Assembly: GCA_031362565.1 (NCBI GenBank)
Contig: JANLSU010000073.1
Coordinates: forward strand, 1-64,000
DNA length: 64,000 bases
Reading direction: 5' to 3'
From: a bacterium
GTDB taxonomy: Bacteria; Krumholzibacteriota; Krumholzibacteriia; G020349025
Position numbers and translations under genes: made by a program. The notes under the pieces were generated by a model. That model was not told the origin of the DNA and ran no database searches. It worked only from the letters and a program-made list of their open reading frames with translations. Of this stretch, positions 48,198-58,749 are shown one piece after another. Every line of letters begins with the position of its first letter. The stretch's first letter is position 1.

Positions 48198-51100
48198 ATG
48201 CTCGAGAAGTTTCAGGCCCGCGACCGCCGCTTTATCGTCGTGTGCTTGGCGATCGCGGTCGTGTGCGGGGCAATCGCGCTGCGTTACTTCGGGCGCGCTT
48301 TCCCCGAGGCCTCGATTCACTTCGCAGTCAACCGGACGCAGTCCGGTGACGTGGCGCGAGACTTCTTGGCCAAGGCCGGGGAATCCGCCGCCGGTTTCAA
48401 TCACGCCACGGTGTTCGACTTCGACGAACAGACCAAGACCTATCTCGAGCGGCAACTCGGCCTCGAACGCGCCCAAGAGGTGTACGGCAAGCAAGTTCGC
48501 TTGTGGCGTTGGAGCCATCGCTGGTTCAAGCCGCAGCAGAAGGAAGAACTGCGCGTCGATGTCACCGCGGGTGGCGAGGTCGCCCGCTTCGCGCATCTGT
48601 TGCCCGAGGACGCACCGGGCGCCACCGTGGAGCCCGAATCGGCACGCGCCATCGCCGAGCATTTCCTGGGCACCCGGATGGGCGTGGAACTCGGCGGCTG
48701 GGACTTCGTCGAAGGCAGTTCCTCGCAACAGCCGCATCGTGTCGACCACTCTTTCACCTGGAAGAAGCACGACTTGGATCTGGGTGACCCGGATGCGACC
48801 TATCGCATCACGGTCGATATCGCCGGCGATCGCGTCGCCGGGTACGACGAACATTTGGAGATTCCGCAGACCTGGCAGGACGACTATTCACGATTGCGGG
48901 CCCGCAACGACACGGCGGCGTTGGTTGCCACGGTCTTCCTGATCCTGACCCTTCTCGCGATGACCGGGTCGCTCGTGCTGCGCATTCGCGATCGCGATGT
49001 GCGGTGGCGTACGGTGACCGGCTTTGGGCTCGTGGCCTTCGTGCTGCAGCTGGCCTCGGCGCTCAACCAGTTCGATCTCGAGAAGTTTCAATACGAGACT
49101 CAGAACAGCTATCCGTCGTTCGTGACACAGTTCGCGCTACAAGCGGTTTTTGGCGCCCTGGCGCTCGGCGGGCTGATCGTCCTGCTGACCGCGGCCGCCG
49201 AGCCGATCTACCGCGAGCGCCACCCCGACAAGCTGGCGCTGCCGTCGTATTTCACCTGGCGCGGCCTCCGCACCAAGAGCTTCTTCGAGCAGGTGCTCCT
49301 CGGCCTGACACTCATGTTCTTCTTTGCGGCGTATCAATCGATTTTCTATGTGTTGGCCGCGAAGTTCGGCGCTTGGGCGCCGCTCGAAGTGCCCTACAGC
49401 AATATGCTCAACACGGCCTTCCCCTGGGCGCTGGTGTTGTTCATCGGTTTCTTCCCAGCGGTTTCCGAGGAATTTATCTCGCGCATGTTCTCGATCCCGT
49501 TCCTCGACAAGCATCTGTCGCGGTTCGCGATTCCCCGGCGCCTGGCGGCGACCGGCGCCGTGTTCTTGGCGTCGTACATCTGGGGGTTCGCGCACTCGAA
49601 TTATCCCAACCAACCGTTTTGGATCCGCGGTGTCGAAGTCGGAACGGCCGGCGTGGTCGTGAGTCTGGTGTTCTGGCGCTGGGGAATACTCGCGACACTC
49701 GTGTGGCACTACACGGTCGACGCCTTTTACACCTCGCTGCTCATGCTGCGTTCGGGGAACGCCTATCTGACAATTTCGGGTGCGATCACCGCGGGACTCA
49801 TGCTGGTGCCGCTCGCCGTCACTCTGGTGATGTATCGGCGCTGTCGCGGCTTCGAGCCGGCGGATGGGCTGTTGAACCGTGACTTGACCGTCCTGCGGCC
49901 GGCGGTGGCCCGGCAGGAAAGCGAACCGGAGCAGGCGCACGCGCCCTATGTCCCCGTGGCGCGCCGGCACATCATCGGGGCGCTGGCGGTCGCCGGCGCG
50001 CTACTGCTGCTGTTCTTCGTTCCCGTCGAGCAACCGGGGGATGGGATCCGGGTCGAGAGCAGCCGGGCGCAGGCCCTGCATGCGGCACGCGGCCATCTGC
50101 ACCGCCTGGGAGCCGATCCAGATCGCTGGCGCGTGGCGGTCCAGGTGGCGAGCCGCTTCGATCCCGGGGTCGGGCGCTACATCGTGCAGCATACGTCGGT
50201 CGCCCACCTCAATCAGGTTTTCACCACCAGGCTTCGGACCCCGGTCTGGCGCGTGCGCTTCTTTCGCCCCGACGAGCGCGAGGAGTGGCTCATCAACCTG
50301 CCGGTGAATGAAATCGCCGGCGACTCGATTCCGCTCTGGGCGTTCGAGCACGTGCTGCCGGACTCCGCTGCCGGCGACACGCTGGGTTTGGATGCGGCGC
50401 AGTTGTTGGCGAGCGATTTTCTGCGCGCCCGCGGCGTCGAGCCCGCCGATCTCGATCTGAAGGAATCCAAATCGGAACGCCAAAAGGCGCGCACCGATCA
50501 CAGCTTCGAGTGGGAGGTTCCGGATTCGACCTTGGAGGGCGCCGGGGCGCGCTACCGGGTCATCGTGCGTGGCGGCGAGGTGGCTGGCTTACGCCCGTAT
50601 ATGCACTTGCCCGAAGCTTGGGTGCGGGCCTACGAGGAAAAATCGGTCCTGCAACGCCTCCTCTGGATGCTTTCGATCGGCCTCGTCTCGCTGGCGGTGG
50701 TCGCGTTGGTCGTGGTCTTTGTGCAACAGATTCTAGCGCGCCGGTTTGCGCTCCGGCCGGCGGTCGTCTGCGGTGCGGTGACCGGGCTCGTATCGCTCTT
50801 GCTGTTCGCGATGCGCTGGCAAAGCGACTCGTTGTGGGAGTACGACGCCAGCCTGCCGTACCATCTGTTCATCGCCGGTATGGCGGTGCGCGCCGTGGTT
50901 CTGTTCATGGGATCGGGCATTGCCGGTGCGTTGCTCTTCGGAACGCTCGTCGCGGTGCGCCCACACGTGCGGAGCCTTTTCGCAGGCCGTCACGACGAAC
51001 GTTATGTGCGGGACGCGGTCGGATTGGCAGCGATTGGCGTTCTGCTCCAGTTCGGTGTACGGCGTTTCGGGATCGTGCTCGATGCGATCACGCCGCACTA

Positions 51101-51620
51101 CGCCAAGATCGCCGATCTGTTGTCGCTGCCGTCCGCAGCCGGCGCTCTGCCGTGGTTGGACGTGTTTTGCAACCTGGCGCGCAATACGTTCTTGCTCCTG
51201 CCGGCCTTCGCACTGGTGCTCTATGCCGCTGGACGTCTCTTGGGAGTGCGGCGGGCCCTCGGGCTCGTGGGCGTTGCGGTCGTGGTTCTGGCCGGCGAGT
51301 CGGCACGTTCGATGGGTGAGTTCGGGGCGCAGCTTCTCAGCGGCCTCGTGGCGGCCGGCGTGCTCGTGTTCGTCGTCTGCGTGCTCTTCCGCGGCAATGA
51401 TCTGGCGTATGTCTTCAGCTTTTTGGCGGGCCGGGGAATTGGCGCTGCAGCGTTGTGGCTGCGCCAGCCGGCGCCGGAAGCGCAGTCCTCGGGGGTCGTG
51501 CTGGCGGCGCTCGCATGCGCGACCCTGATGATCGTCTACGTGCTCGCAGCGCGCGGTTCGTACCGCGGCTCGGGCAGTCAGCCGTCGAGTGCGGCGCGCA
51601 GTTCGGCGACCGACGGGTAG
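48198..51620 (+). CDS. Large CPBP (Abi/CAAX) intramembrane glutamic protease with duplicated extracytoplasmic module
   Basis: EEFISR, WGFAHS, WHYTVD CPBP motifs; many TM segments; internal repeat. Confidence 0.85.
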   Translation: MLEKFQARDRRFIVVCLAIAVVCGAIALRYFGRAFPEASIHFAVNRTQSGDVARDFLAKAGESAAGFNHATVFDFDEQTKTYLERQLGLERAQEVYGKQVRLWRWSHRWFKPQQKEELRVDVTAGGEVARFAHLLPEDAPGATVEPESARAIAEHFLGTRMGVELGGWDFVEGSSSQQPHRVDHSFTWKKHDLDLGDPDATYRITVDIAGDRVAGYDEHLEIPQTWQDDYSRLRARNDTAALVATVFLILTLLAMTGSLVLRIRDRDVRWRTVTGFGLVAFVLQLASALNQFDLEKFQYETQNSYPSFVTQFALQAVFGALALGGLIVLLTAAAEPIYRERHPDKLALPSYFTWRGLRTKSFFEQVLLGLTLMFFFAAYQSIFYVLAAKFGAWAPLEVPYSNMLNTAFPWALVLFIGFFPAVSEEFISRMFSIPFLDKHLSRFAIPRRLAATGAVFLASYIWGFAHSNYPNQPFWIRGVEVGTAGVVVSLVFWRWGILATLVWHYTVDAFYTSLLMLRSGNAYLTISGAITAGLMLVPLAVTLVMYRRCRGFEPADGLLNRDLTVLRPAVARQESEPEQAHAPYVPVARRHIIGALAVAGALLLLFFVPVEQPGDGIRVESSRAQALHAARGHLHRLGADPDRWRVAVQVASRFDPGVGRYIVQHTSVAHLNQVFTTRLRTPVWRVRFFRPDEREEWLINLPVNEIAGDSIPLWAFEHVLPDSAAGDTLGLDAAQLLASDFLRARGVEPADLDLKESKSERQKARTDHSFEWEVPDSTLEGAGARYRVIVRGGEVAGLRPYMHLPEAWVRAYEEKSVLQRLLWMLSIGLVSLAVVALVVVFVQQILARRFALRPAVVCGAVTGLVSLLLFAMRWQSDSLWEYDASLPYHLFIAGMAVRAVVLFMGSGIAGALLFGTLVAVRPHVRSLFAGRHDERYVRDAVGLAAIGVLLQFGVRRFGIVLDAITPHYAKIADLLSLPSAAGALPWLDVFCNLARNTFLLLPAFALVLYAAGRLLGVRRALGLVGVAVVVLAGESARSMGEFGAQLLSGLVAAGVLVFVVCVLFRGNDLAYVFSFLAGRGIGAAALWLRQPAPEAQSSGVVLAALACATLMIVYVLAARGSYRGSGSQPSSAARSSATDG

Positions 51621-52414
51621 ATGACGTCGGGTGGCGGATCGGCACGCTGCAAGTCGGCCTCGGTGCTGACGCCGGTCGTAACGGCGATAGTCATCAGACC
51701 CAGTCGTGCGGCACCCAAAATGTCGGTTTCGTAGCGGTCACCGACCATTCCCGTCAGCGACGGCGGCGTTCCGAGGATGCGCAACGCTTGCTCGAACATC
51801 TCCGGCTCGGGCTTGCCATATAACTTGGGAACGACGCCGGTCGTGGCGTGAATGGCGGCAAGCACTGCTCCGGCGCCGGGTTCGAGCCCGCGCTCGGTCG
51901 GATACGAGCGGTCGCCGTTCGTCGCCAGAAAGCGGGCGCCGCGCTGGATCGCCAGGCAGGCCTGGGCGAGCCGTTCGTAGGTGATGTTGCGGTCGAGCCC
52001 GGCGATGACGTACGACGCCTCCGTATAGCGTTCGGCGAGAGTCAGGCCGCTGATCGCGAGTGCTTCGCGAATGCCGGCGCCGCCGATCAGGAGGATCCGG
52101 TCGTCGGGTTTGGCCATGCGGCGCAAATCGTCGACTGCGACTTGGGCCGAGGTCAGAACCTGCTCGGGGCGGGCGCGGATGCCCATTCGCAGCAGTTTTT
52201 CGGCATAGTCGACGGCCGTGCGGCTCGAGTTATTCGTCAGGAAAAGATGCGGGATGCCACGCGTGTGCAAGAAATCGAGCAACTCGCGGGCGCCTGGAAC
52301 GATGGCGTCGCCGCGATACAGCACGCCGTCCATGTCGAGCAGCAATGCCCGCAGGTCGCGAACATCGACGCGTTGGCGCTTTTCCGTCGGCGTGCTGGCG
52401 GCTTCCGTGTCCAT
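51578..52414 (-). CDS. HAD-IIA hydrolase (NagD-like)
   Basis: DMDGVLY, LTNNS, GKPEP, GDRYETDI. Confidence 0.93.
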   Translation of the reverse strand: MDTEAASTPTEKRQRVDVRDLRALLLDMDGVLYRGDAIVPGARELLDFLHTRGIPHLFLTNNSSRTAVDYAEKLLRMGIRARPEQVLTSAQVAVDDLRRMAKPDDRILLIGGAGIREALAISGLTLAERYTEASYVIAGLDRNITYERLAQACLAIQRGARFLATNGDRSYPTERGLEPGAGAVLAAIHATTGVVPKLYGKPEPEMFEQALRILGTPPSLTGMVGDRYETDILGAARLGLMTIAVTTGVSTEADLQRADPPPDVIYPSVAELRAALDG

Positions 52415-52484
52415 GGGCTCAGCCTAGCACGGAAGCGAGCCGCGGTGAGAGGGGTCGGGGCGTCGAGCCTCCTCACCCCACGTC

Positions 52485-52958
52485 TCACCGGAACATCCAG
52501 CCCACCGTGAACTTGACGTCGGCTTCATCGACGAGACCGAGGCGCATTTCGCCGAAGAACAGGCCGCTTTGTGTCGGCGTTTGCATGCCGCCTACGAGAT
52601 TGATGCCGACGTCCGTGTTGCTGTCGTGGTTGTCCACGTCCACGAAGAAGATCCCGGGGCCGCCGCCCAAGTAGGGACGCCAGTGCGACGGGCCCTGGCT
52701 GAAGACGTACTTGAAGTCCATGTTGCCCGCGACCGTGATCATGTTGTCACCAGCACCCAAGTCGAAGCTCGGCAAAAAGGTGACGTGCGGGGTGATCTGA
52801 GCGGCTTGGAATTGCATTCCGGCGTGCACTTGATCCGGATCGATGGTGAGACCGAAGCGCGGCCCCCAGGGCCCGGCCGCGACCGGCGTTACGAATCCGA
52901 GCAACACGAGCGCGGCAATCGATGCGCCGATGATCCGGCGCGCGGTCAATGCAAGCAT
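52485..52958 (-). CDS. Small outer-membrane beta-barrel protein
   Basis: Signal peptide; RPYLGGG; C-terminal VKFTVGWMFR; RBS GGAGG. Confidence 0.75.
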   Translation of the reverse strand: MLALTARRIIGASIAALVLLGFVTPVAAGPWGPRFGLTIDPDQVHAGMQFQAAQITPHVTFLPSFDLGAGDNMITVAGNMDFKYVFSQGPSHWRPYLGGGPGIFFVDVDNHDSNTDVGINLVGGMQTPTQSGLFFGEMRLGLVDEADVKFTVGWMFR

Positions 52959-52997
52959 TGGGACACCTCCATGTGATCGTCCAACCAACGGTACGTT

Positions 52998-53657
52998 CTA
53001 GTGCGCCGCCGCACTCAGCACGCGCAGCGAGCGCGGCTCGGGCAGGCCCTTGACGATTTCGGCGACGACGAATTCCGGCGTCGGGACGAGCGGCATCATC
53101 TCGTTGCCGCGCAACCCCGGCGACGAGAGCAGGGCCTCGATCCACTCACTGCCGCGGTTGCTGCCGGTGATCTCGGTGCCGCGCGGCGGCTCGATGTGAA
53201 AGGTCACCGGCAACTGCAAGTCCTCGGCGACGCGTTCGACGTCCTCGGGCTTCGGGCCAAGGTGGCGCCACACGCGCGCCGTGTCCCAGATGTAGGCGTT
53301 CTTAATTTTGTCGATGGCTTCGAGTTCCGGCTGCAACGGCAGCGCCAGAAACACGCTGTAGCGTGAAACCCGCAGCAGTTCGCGAATGTAGCAGGAGCGA
53401 ATCTTGGGCGGCAGAAGCTCGAGCACCCGCGCCGACACGCCGACATCGAAAGTGTCGTCGTGCCATGGCAACTTGCAAAGGTCGAGTCCATCGGCGAGCC
53501 GGGCGGCGGTGACGCGATAGTCGGGGAGCAGGTCGGCGAACAATCCCGGTCCGCCGCATTCGAGCACATCGCCCATTGGGAGGAGGTCCTCGACCAACTG
53601 CGCAATGCGCTTGCATTCCGCGTACTTGCCCGGCCACCAACGCAACGGATCGCTCAC
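52998..53657 (-). CDS. SAM-dependent methyltransferase-like protein (degenerate motif I)
   Basis: VLECGG, LPWHDDTFDVGVS, ELLRVSR. Confidence 0.6.
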   Translation of the reverse strand: MSDPLRWWPGKYAECKRIAQLVEDLLPMGDVLECGGPGLFADLLPDYRVTAARLADGLDLCKLPWHDDTFDVGVSARVLELLPPKIRSCYIRELLRVSRYSVFLALPLQPELEAIDKIKNAYIWDTARVWRHLGPKPEDVERVAEDLQLPVTFHIEPPRGTEITGSNRGSEWIEALLSSPGLRGNEMMPLVPTPEFVVAEIVKGLPEPRSLRVLSAAAH

Positions 53658-53784
53658 GGCGCACCACCCCTCGAACACTGCCCCCGGGCGCGTGGAATAG
53701 GGATCCCCGCGCGTCGTCCAGTCGCGAAATCGAAAGCAATCCCGGGACCAAGCCTGGATGCGCCTGGAAAGAAAGGGCCTTCGT

Positions 53785-55074
53785 TCAGGAGTTGAGCAAC
53801 GCCGTGATCTGCGCGCGCCGTTCCTCCGTGGCAGGCAAACGGGCGAGTTGTTCGTTCTTGTGGTCGAGAGCCAGAACGAGCGCCACGGTGAGCGCGACGT
53901 ATCCGGCCGGAATGGCGAAGGCCACCCAGCGCCGCGTTCTCTGGTGCGCGAGAAGTTTGAAGGCGTAGAGGGTCCCAGTCGTGAGCAAGACGCAGAATCC
54001 CAGCGACACGATGTACAGGAATCGCAGGTTGAGCCAGTCCGACGGATAGCGCAGGAAGGCGAACGGCACCACCATGACATACATCCAAGCGATGTAAAAG
54101 CGCAGGGCCCGGCTGCCGAACACGAAGCCGAAGAGCGAATACGACAAGATCGACAATCCGACGATGACGCGAATGACCGGCGCCACAGCGTAGATCGTGC
54201 GGACGAAAGACGAAGCGGTCGAAAGCAATTCCGACTGGTGCAATGGGAACACCATCAGGATGAGGTAGCCGGGCAAATTGCGCAGGAACGCGCCCGGATC
54301 GACGATCGGTGCGGCGAGCCCCGGAGAACTGATGATGCGCGCGACTTTGGCCACGAGCGCGAGTCCGAGGCAAGCGAGCAGATTGACACTCAGTACCCGC
54401 CGCCCACGTTCCGAGCGGAAGAAGAGGTTGTAGAACGCGAAGCAGGCCAGCAAGCTGAACGTCCCACCGCGCATGAACAGACTGCCGACGACGAGGCCGT
54501 AAAATCCCAGGGCGTAGACCGAGAACATCCGGCCTTCGGCGCGCTTCTCGTTCAGGACGTACAGGAGGGTGCCGAGCAACACCGTTGTGCCGTAGACCAG
54601 GCTCGAGATCCCGGTGGCAACCATCATGTTCTTGCCATAGCTGCCGACGCTGAGCGCGAACAGTGTTGCCGCAAGGGCGGCGCTGCGGCGGTCGTGCAGC
54701 AGCGTGTTGACGAGCAAGTAGGCCAGCAGTGAATTGATCCAGTGCACGATCAAATTCATGACGAAGTAAGGCCGCGGGTCCATTTGAAAGAAGCGAAACT
54801 CGAGTCCGAAGACCGGGTTCGTGACATAGCCGCCCGCCAGACTCGGCTGGAACGCGAGCGGCAACTGGCCGCGAGCATGGGCGCGGGCGGCGACCGAGAG
54901 TTCGCGCAGGTCCTCGGGGCTCCAGAAACCGGTGTCGAGAACCGGCGCGAACAGGCAGGCGATCACCGCGGCCAAGCCGAACGCGACGAGAACGGGCACG
55001 AGGTTCGAGTGGCGCAAAATGAATGTCCGCTGTAAGGGTGCCGGGCCTTCGGGCAAAAAAGACCCGGCGGCCAT
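53785..55074 (-). CDS. Polytopic membrane protein, GT-C glycosyltransferase-like
   Basis: FWSPED after TM1, NLIVHWINSLL, RFLYIVSLG; start uncertain. Confidence 0.65.
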   Translation of the reverse strand: MAAGSFLPEGPAPLQRTFILRHSNLVPVLVAFGLAAVIACLFAPVLDTGFWSPEDLRELSVAARAHARGQLPLAFQPSLAGGYVTNPVFGLEFRFFQMDPRPYFVMNLIVHWINSLLAYLLVNTLLHDRRSAALAATLFALSVGSYGKNMMVATGISSLVYGTTVLLGTLLYVLNEKRAEGRMFSVYALGFYGLVVGSLFMRGGTFSLLACFAFYNLFFRSERGRRVLSVNLLACLGLALVAKVARIISSPGLAAPIVDPGAFLRNLPGYLILMVFPLHQSELLSTASSFVRTIYAVAPVIRVIVGLSILSYSLFGFVFGSRALRFYIAWMYVMVVPFAFLRYPSDWLNLRFLYIVSLGFCVLLTTGTLYAFKLLAHQRTRRWVAFAIPAGYVALTVALVLALDHKNEQLARLPATEERRAQITALLNS

Positions 55075-55190
55075 TTTATCACGCCGCGCCGCCGGCGTGG
55101 TATAAGAGCCATGCCTTTCGTCTCGGCTCCGGCCGGGCCCGCACCGCAGGCCGGCCACCGCCGTGCCGTCCACTCCATCCGGGAGTTCGC

Positions 55191-56681
55191 ATGCTGCCGC
55201 GATTTCAGGATCTGCGCCAGTTTCTCAGCTTTCTCGAGTCGCGCGGCGAACTGGTGCGGGTGCGCGAGAGCGTCGACCCGAAATTCGAGATCACCGAGAT
55301 CACGGACCGCACGACAAAAGGCGGCGGGCCGGCGCTCCTGTTCGAGAACGTGCGCGGCTCCCGTTTGCCGGTGGCGATCAACGTCTACGGGTCGGAACAG
55401 CGCATGGCGTGGGCATTGGGGGCGGAATCCATCGACGAGGTCGTCGGGCGAGTCGAGGAACTCTTCAAACTGGCGCCGCCCACCTCGTTCAGCGACAAGC
55501 TGCGCATGCTTCCAAAATTGAAGCAAATGGGCGATCTCTTGCCGCGCACCGTCAAGTCGGGTCCCTGCCAGGAAGTGAACATCGATCCCGCGTCGCTGGC
55601 GCATTTGCCGATCCTGACTTGCTGGCCGGAAGACGGCGGCCCGTTCATCACGCTCGGCGCCGTGATCACGCGGCATCCCGAAACAGGGCATCGCAACGTC
55701 GGCCTGTATCGCATGCACAAGTACGATGATGTGACGACCGGCATGCACTGGCAGGTGCACAAAGTCGGGGCGCAGCACTATCGGACGGCGCGTGAACTCG
55801 GACGCAACGTCGAAGTGGCGGTGGTCATTGGCGGGCCGCCGGTCCTGCCCTACGCCGCGACCGCGCCATTGCCGGAAGACTTGGACGAGATCGCCTTTGC
55901 GGGCTTTCTCGGCGGGCACGGGATCGAAATGGTGAAGTGCCGGACGGTCGATTTGGAAGTGCCGGCGCACGCCGAGATCGTTCTCGAGGGTTATGTGAAG
56001 CCCGACGAAATGCACCCGGAGGGCCCGTTCGGCGATCACACCGGGTACTACACTCCGGTGGCCGATTTTCCGGTGTTCCACATTACGGCCGTGACGCAGC
56101 GGCGCGATCCCATCTATCAGACGACCGTGGTGGGGCGGCCGCCACAGGAAGACGGCTACTTGGGTTGGGCGACGGAACGGCTCTTCTTGCCCGCCATTCG
56201 CTTGCCGCTGCCCGAGGTCGTCGACATGAAGTTGCCGATCGAGGCGTGCTTCCACAATTTGGCCATCGTGTCGATCAAGAAACGCTATCCGGGCCACGCG
56301 GCAAAAGTGATGCATGCACTTTGGGGCTTGGGGCAGATGATGATGTGCAAGTGCATTGTCATTGTCGACCACGATGTCGACGTGCAGAACGTCCGCGAGG
56401 TTCTATGGCGAGTCGCCAACAATATCGACGCGCGGCGCGACATCGTGTTCGCGGACGGCCCGGTCGATCAATTGGATCACGCGGCGTCGCGGCCGCTCAT
56501 GGGTTCGAAGATGGGAATCGACGCGACTGCCAAGTGGCGCGAGGAAGGCTACGATCGCGACTGGCCGCCGACGATCGTCATGGCGCCGGAAGTGCAAACC
56601 CGCATCGACGCCTTGTGGCCCAAGCTCGGAATCCCGTTGCGGCCGCCGGCGCTCGGCATCGGCGAGAGGCGCGGACGATGA
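55191..56681 (+). CDS. UbiD-family decarboxylase (menaquinone biosynthesis, MqnL-like)
   Basis: EITEI, GGPALLFE, RNVGLYR, EGPFGDHTGYY, GSKMGIDAT. Confidence 0.92.
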   Translation: MLPRFQDLRQFLSFLESRGELVRVRESVDPKFEITEITDRTTKGGGPALLFENVRGSRLPVAINVYGSEQRMAWALGAESIDEVVGRVEELFKLAPPTSFSDKLRMLPKLKQMGDLLPRTVKSGPCQEVNIDPASLAHLPILTCWPEDGGPFITLGAVITRHPETGHRNVGLYRMHKYDDVTTGMHWQVHKVGAQHYRTARELGRNVEVAVVIGGPPVLPYAATAPLPEDLDEIAFAGFLGGHGIEMVKCRTVDLEVPAHAEIVLEGYVKPDEMHPEGPFGDHTGYYTPVADFPVFHITAVTQRRDPIYQTTVVGRPPQEDGYLGWATERLFLPAIRLPLPEVVDMKLPIEACFHNLAIVSIKKRYPGHAAKVMHALWGLGQMMMCKCIVIVDHDVDVQNVREVLWRVANNIDARRDIVFADGPVDQLDHAASRPLMGSKMGIDATAKWREEGYDRDWPPTIVMAPEVQTRIDALWPKLGIPLRPPALGIGERRGR

Positions 56682-57439
56682 GCGGCAGCGTGCCGTCCTC
56701 CCGCCCGGCGGGGGATGCGCCGCGCCCAGCCGGCGGCGCGGTGTTCGACGGGAAGGGTGCACCGGCGGCCGAGGTGCGGGCCATGTTCGCCCGCATCGCG
56801 CCCACCTACGACCTCTTGAACGGCATGTTGTCGGCGAAGCGCGATCGCGCTTGGCGGCGCGCCGCGGCAGAATCCATCGACCCGCAAGCGCGCCGCGTGC
56901 TCGACCTGTGCGCCGGAACCGGCGACCTGGCGCTCGAAATCGCCGCGCGGCGTCCGCAGGCCTTCGTCTGTGCAGGCGATTTTTGTTTCGAGATGCTGGT
57001 GCGCGGCAAGCCGAAGGGTCTGGCGCAAGCGGCGGCACCGGCGGCATGCGACGGGCTGCGCTTGCCGTTTGCCGACGGCACGTTCGACGCGGTGACGGCG
57101 GCCTTCGGGGTGCGCAATTTCGAAGACCTCCCCACCGGCTTGCGCGAAATGCGCCGGGTCACGCGCCCGGGCGGCCACCTCGCGGTGCTCGAGTTCTTCC
57201 GCAACGAATCGCAGTGGCGCGACGCCCCGTTCCGCTTTTACTTCCGCGAAGTCTTGCCGCGCATCGGCCAACTGGTGTCGCGCGACGGTGAGGCGTATTC
57301 CTATCTGCCGCGCTCGGTCGGCCGCTTCGCGACGCGGCGCGAGTTCACGGCCCTTCTGGCCGGCGCCGGCTGGGGCGACGTGCGCCGGCGCGATCTCACC
57401 TTCGGCATCGCGACCCTGGTGACGGCGCGCGCCGTCTGA
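56678..57439 (+). CDS. menG: Demethylmenaquinone/ubiquinone methyltransferase (MenG/UbiE)
   Basis: MFARIAPTYDLLN, VLDLCAGTGD, FGVRN, AYSYLPRS; ATGA overlap with the UbiD gene. Confidence 0.9.
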   Translation: MSGSVPSSRPAGDAPRPAGGAVFDGKGAPAAEVRAMFARIAPTYDLLNGMLSAKRDRAWRRAAAESIDPQARRVLDLCAGTGDLALEIAARRPQAFVCAGDFCFEMLVRGKPKGLAQAAAPAACDGLRLPFADGTFDAVTAAFGVRNFEDLPTGLREMRRVTRPGGHLAVLEFFRNESQWRDAPFRFYFREVLPRIGQLVSRDGEAYSYLPRSVGRFATRREFTALLAGAGWGDVRRRDLTFGIATLVTARAV

Positions 57440-57466
57440 ACGGCTTGCCACGGTGCTCGCCCCCCT

Positions 57467-58543
57467 TCACTTCGGCAACGCCGCGAGAACCTGTTGAATG
57501 TCACCGGCGCGCTCCGGCCGGGCGTTCTTCTGGAGCAGGCGTTCGAGCGCGGTGCGGTGCGCGATCTTGAGCGCGTCATCGGCCGGCGCCGCGATGTCGG
57601 GTGTAACGCCGACACCTTCCCAGTCTTTATGGGTGATGGGACTGGTGGAGCGGCCCTCCGGCACGGCCACCGCGAAGTGTTCGGTGATCCGGTACCGGCC
57701 GGTCGGATGCGCGCCGCCGCGCGTCGTCTCGCCGACGATCGTTGCCCGCTTCAATCCCTGCAGATCGAAGGCGAACTCCTCGGCCGCGGAGTGCGTGCGC
57801 TTGCTTGTCAATACGTACACGTCGACTCCCGCCAAGTGCTTGCCGGCGGAAATGGGTGACGTCCAAGACTGCTTCGTGAAGTCCGCCGGCCGCGAATAGA
57901 TATCGACGAGGTGCACGGGCTCCTCGAAGAGGTAGCTGCAAATCAAGGCCACCATGCGGCTATTGCCGCCCGGGTTGTAGCGCAGATCGACGATCAGGGC
58001 ATCACAGTTGGAGAGAAAATTCATGGCGGCAACCGCGGTGTCGCCGCCGAACTGTGGATCGACGAACGAATCCAGGTCCAAATAGCCGACATTGCCCTTC
58101 AGGCGCTCGATCTTCAGGAAGCCGTTGTTGATCCAAGCCAAATCGTGCCCGCGCTGCTGTTGATCGGCCGGCGTTTCCGGCTGCGGATCCTCGGCCATCG
58201 GCGGCAAAACGGCCGGACTGAAGTGGACCTCGACGTGGGTGTCCCGGCTGACCGCTCGCAGGTGCACGGTGAGCGATTCAGCGAACGCGCCGGGGCCGGT
58301 GATGCGCGCGTACTCGCCCTTGCGCATTCGCTCCCGGAGCGATTTCTCCATCGCCTGTGCAACGTCCGGGAATACGTACGTCTGGCGATAGCGTGTGATG
58401 ATGCCCTCGAGAACCTGAGACCGGGTCTTCGGATCCAGGAGTGGCGCGGTCGCGGTGCCGGTTGCTGGCGCGACGGCGCTGCGGGCGGCACCCGCGCTCA
58501 CCAAGATGACTGCCAACGACGCAGTGAATGAATTGTATTTCAA
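57467..58543 (-). CDS. S41 family peptidase (IRBP-like), exported
   Basis: DLRYNPGG, THSAAEEF, IVGETTRGGAHP, WEGVGVTPD; TTG start with RBS GAGGAG. Confidence 0.9.
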   Translation of the reverse strand: MKYNSFTASLAVILVSAGAARSAVAPATGTATAPLLDPKTRSQVLEGIITRYRQTYVFPDVAQAMEKSLRERMRKGEYARITGPGAFAESLTVHLRAVSRDTHVEVHFSPAVLPPMAEDPQPETPADQQQRGHDLAWINNGFLKIERLKGNVGYLDLDSFVDPQFGGDTAVAAMNFLSNCDALIVDLRYNPGGNSRMVALICSYLFEEPVHLVDIYSRPADFTKQSWTSPISAGKHLAGVDVYVLTSKRTHSAAEEFAFDLQGLKRATIVGETTRGGAHPTGRYRITEHFAVAVPEGRSTSPITHKDWEGVGVTPDIAAPADDALKIAHRTALERLLQKNARPERAGDIQQVLAALPK

Positions 58544-58749
58544 GGCTGAACTCCTCAGGCGTGAAGCTGACGAAGCGGCCGGCAGATCCGGCCTGTACCC
58601 GCTTCGACGCCCGCGAGTCACTGCTGGGTTTCACCGCTGTCGAAGGCGGAACCCCTTTGACCACTCGCCGGATCAGGGGTAGGCTTCACGGACTCGCCCG
58701 GTGGTCCGGTCGGCGGCCAAGGGCCTTTGATCTCAATCGGGAGGATTCC

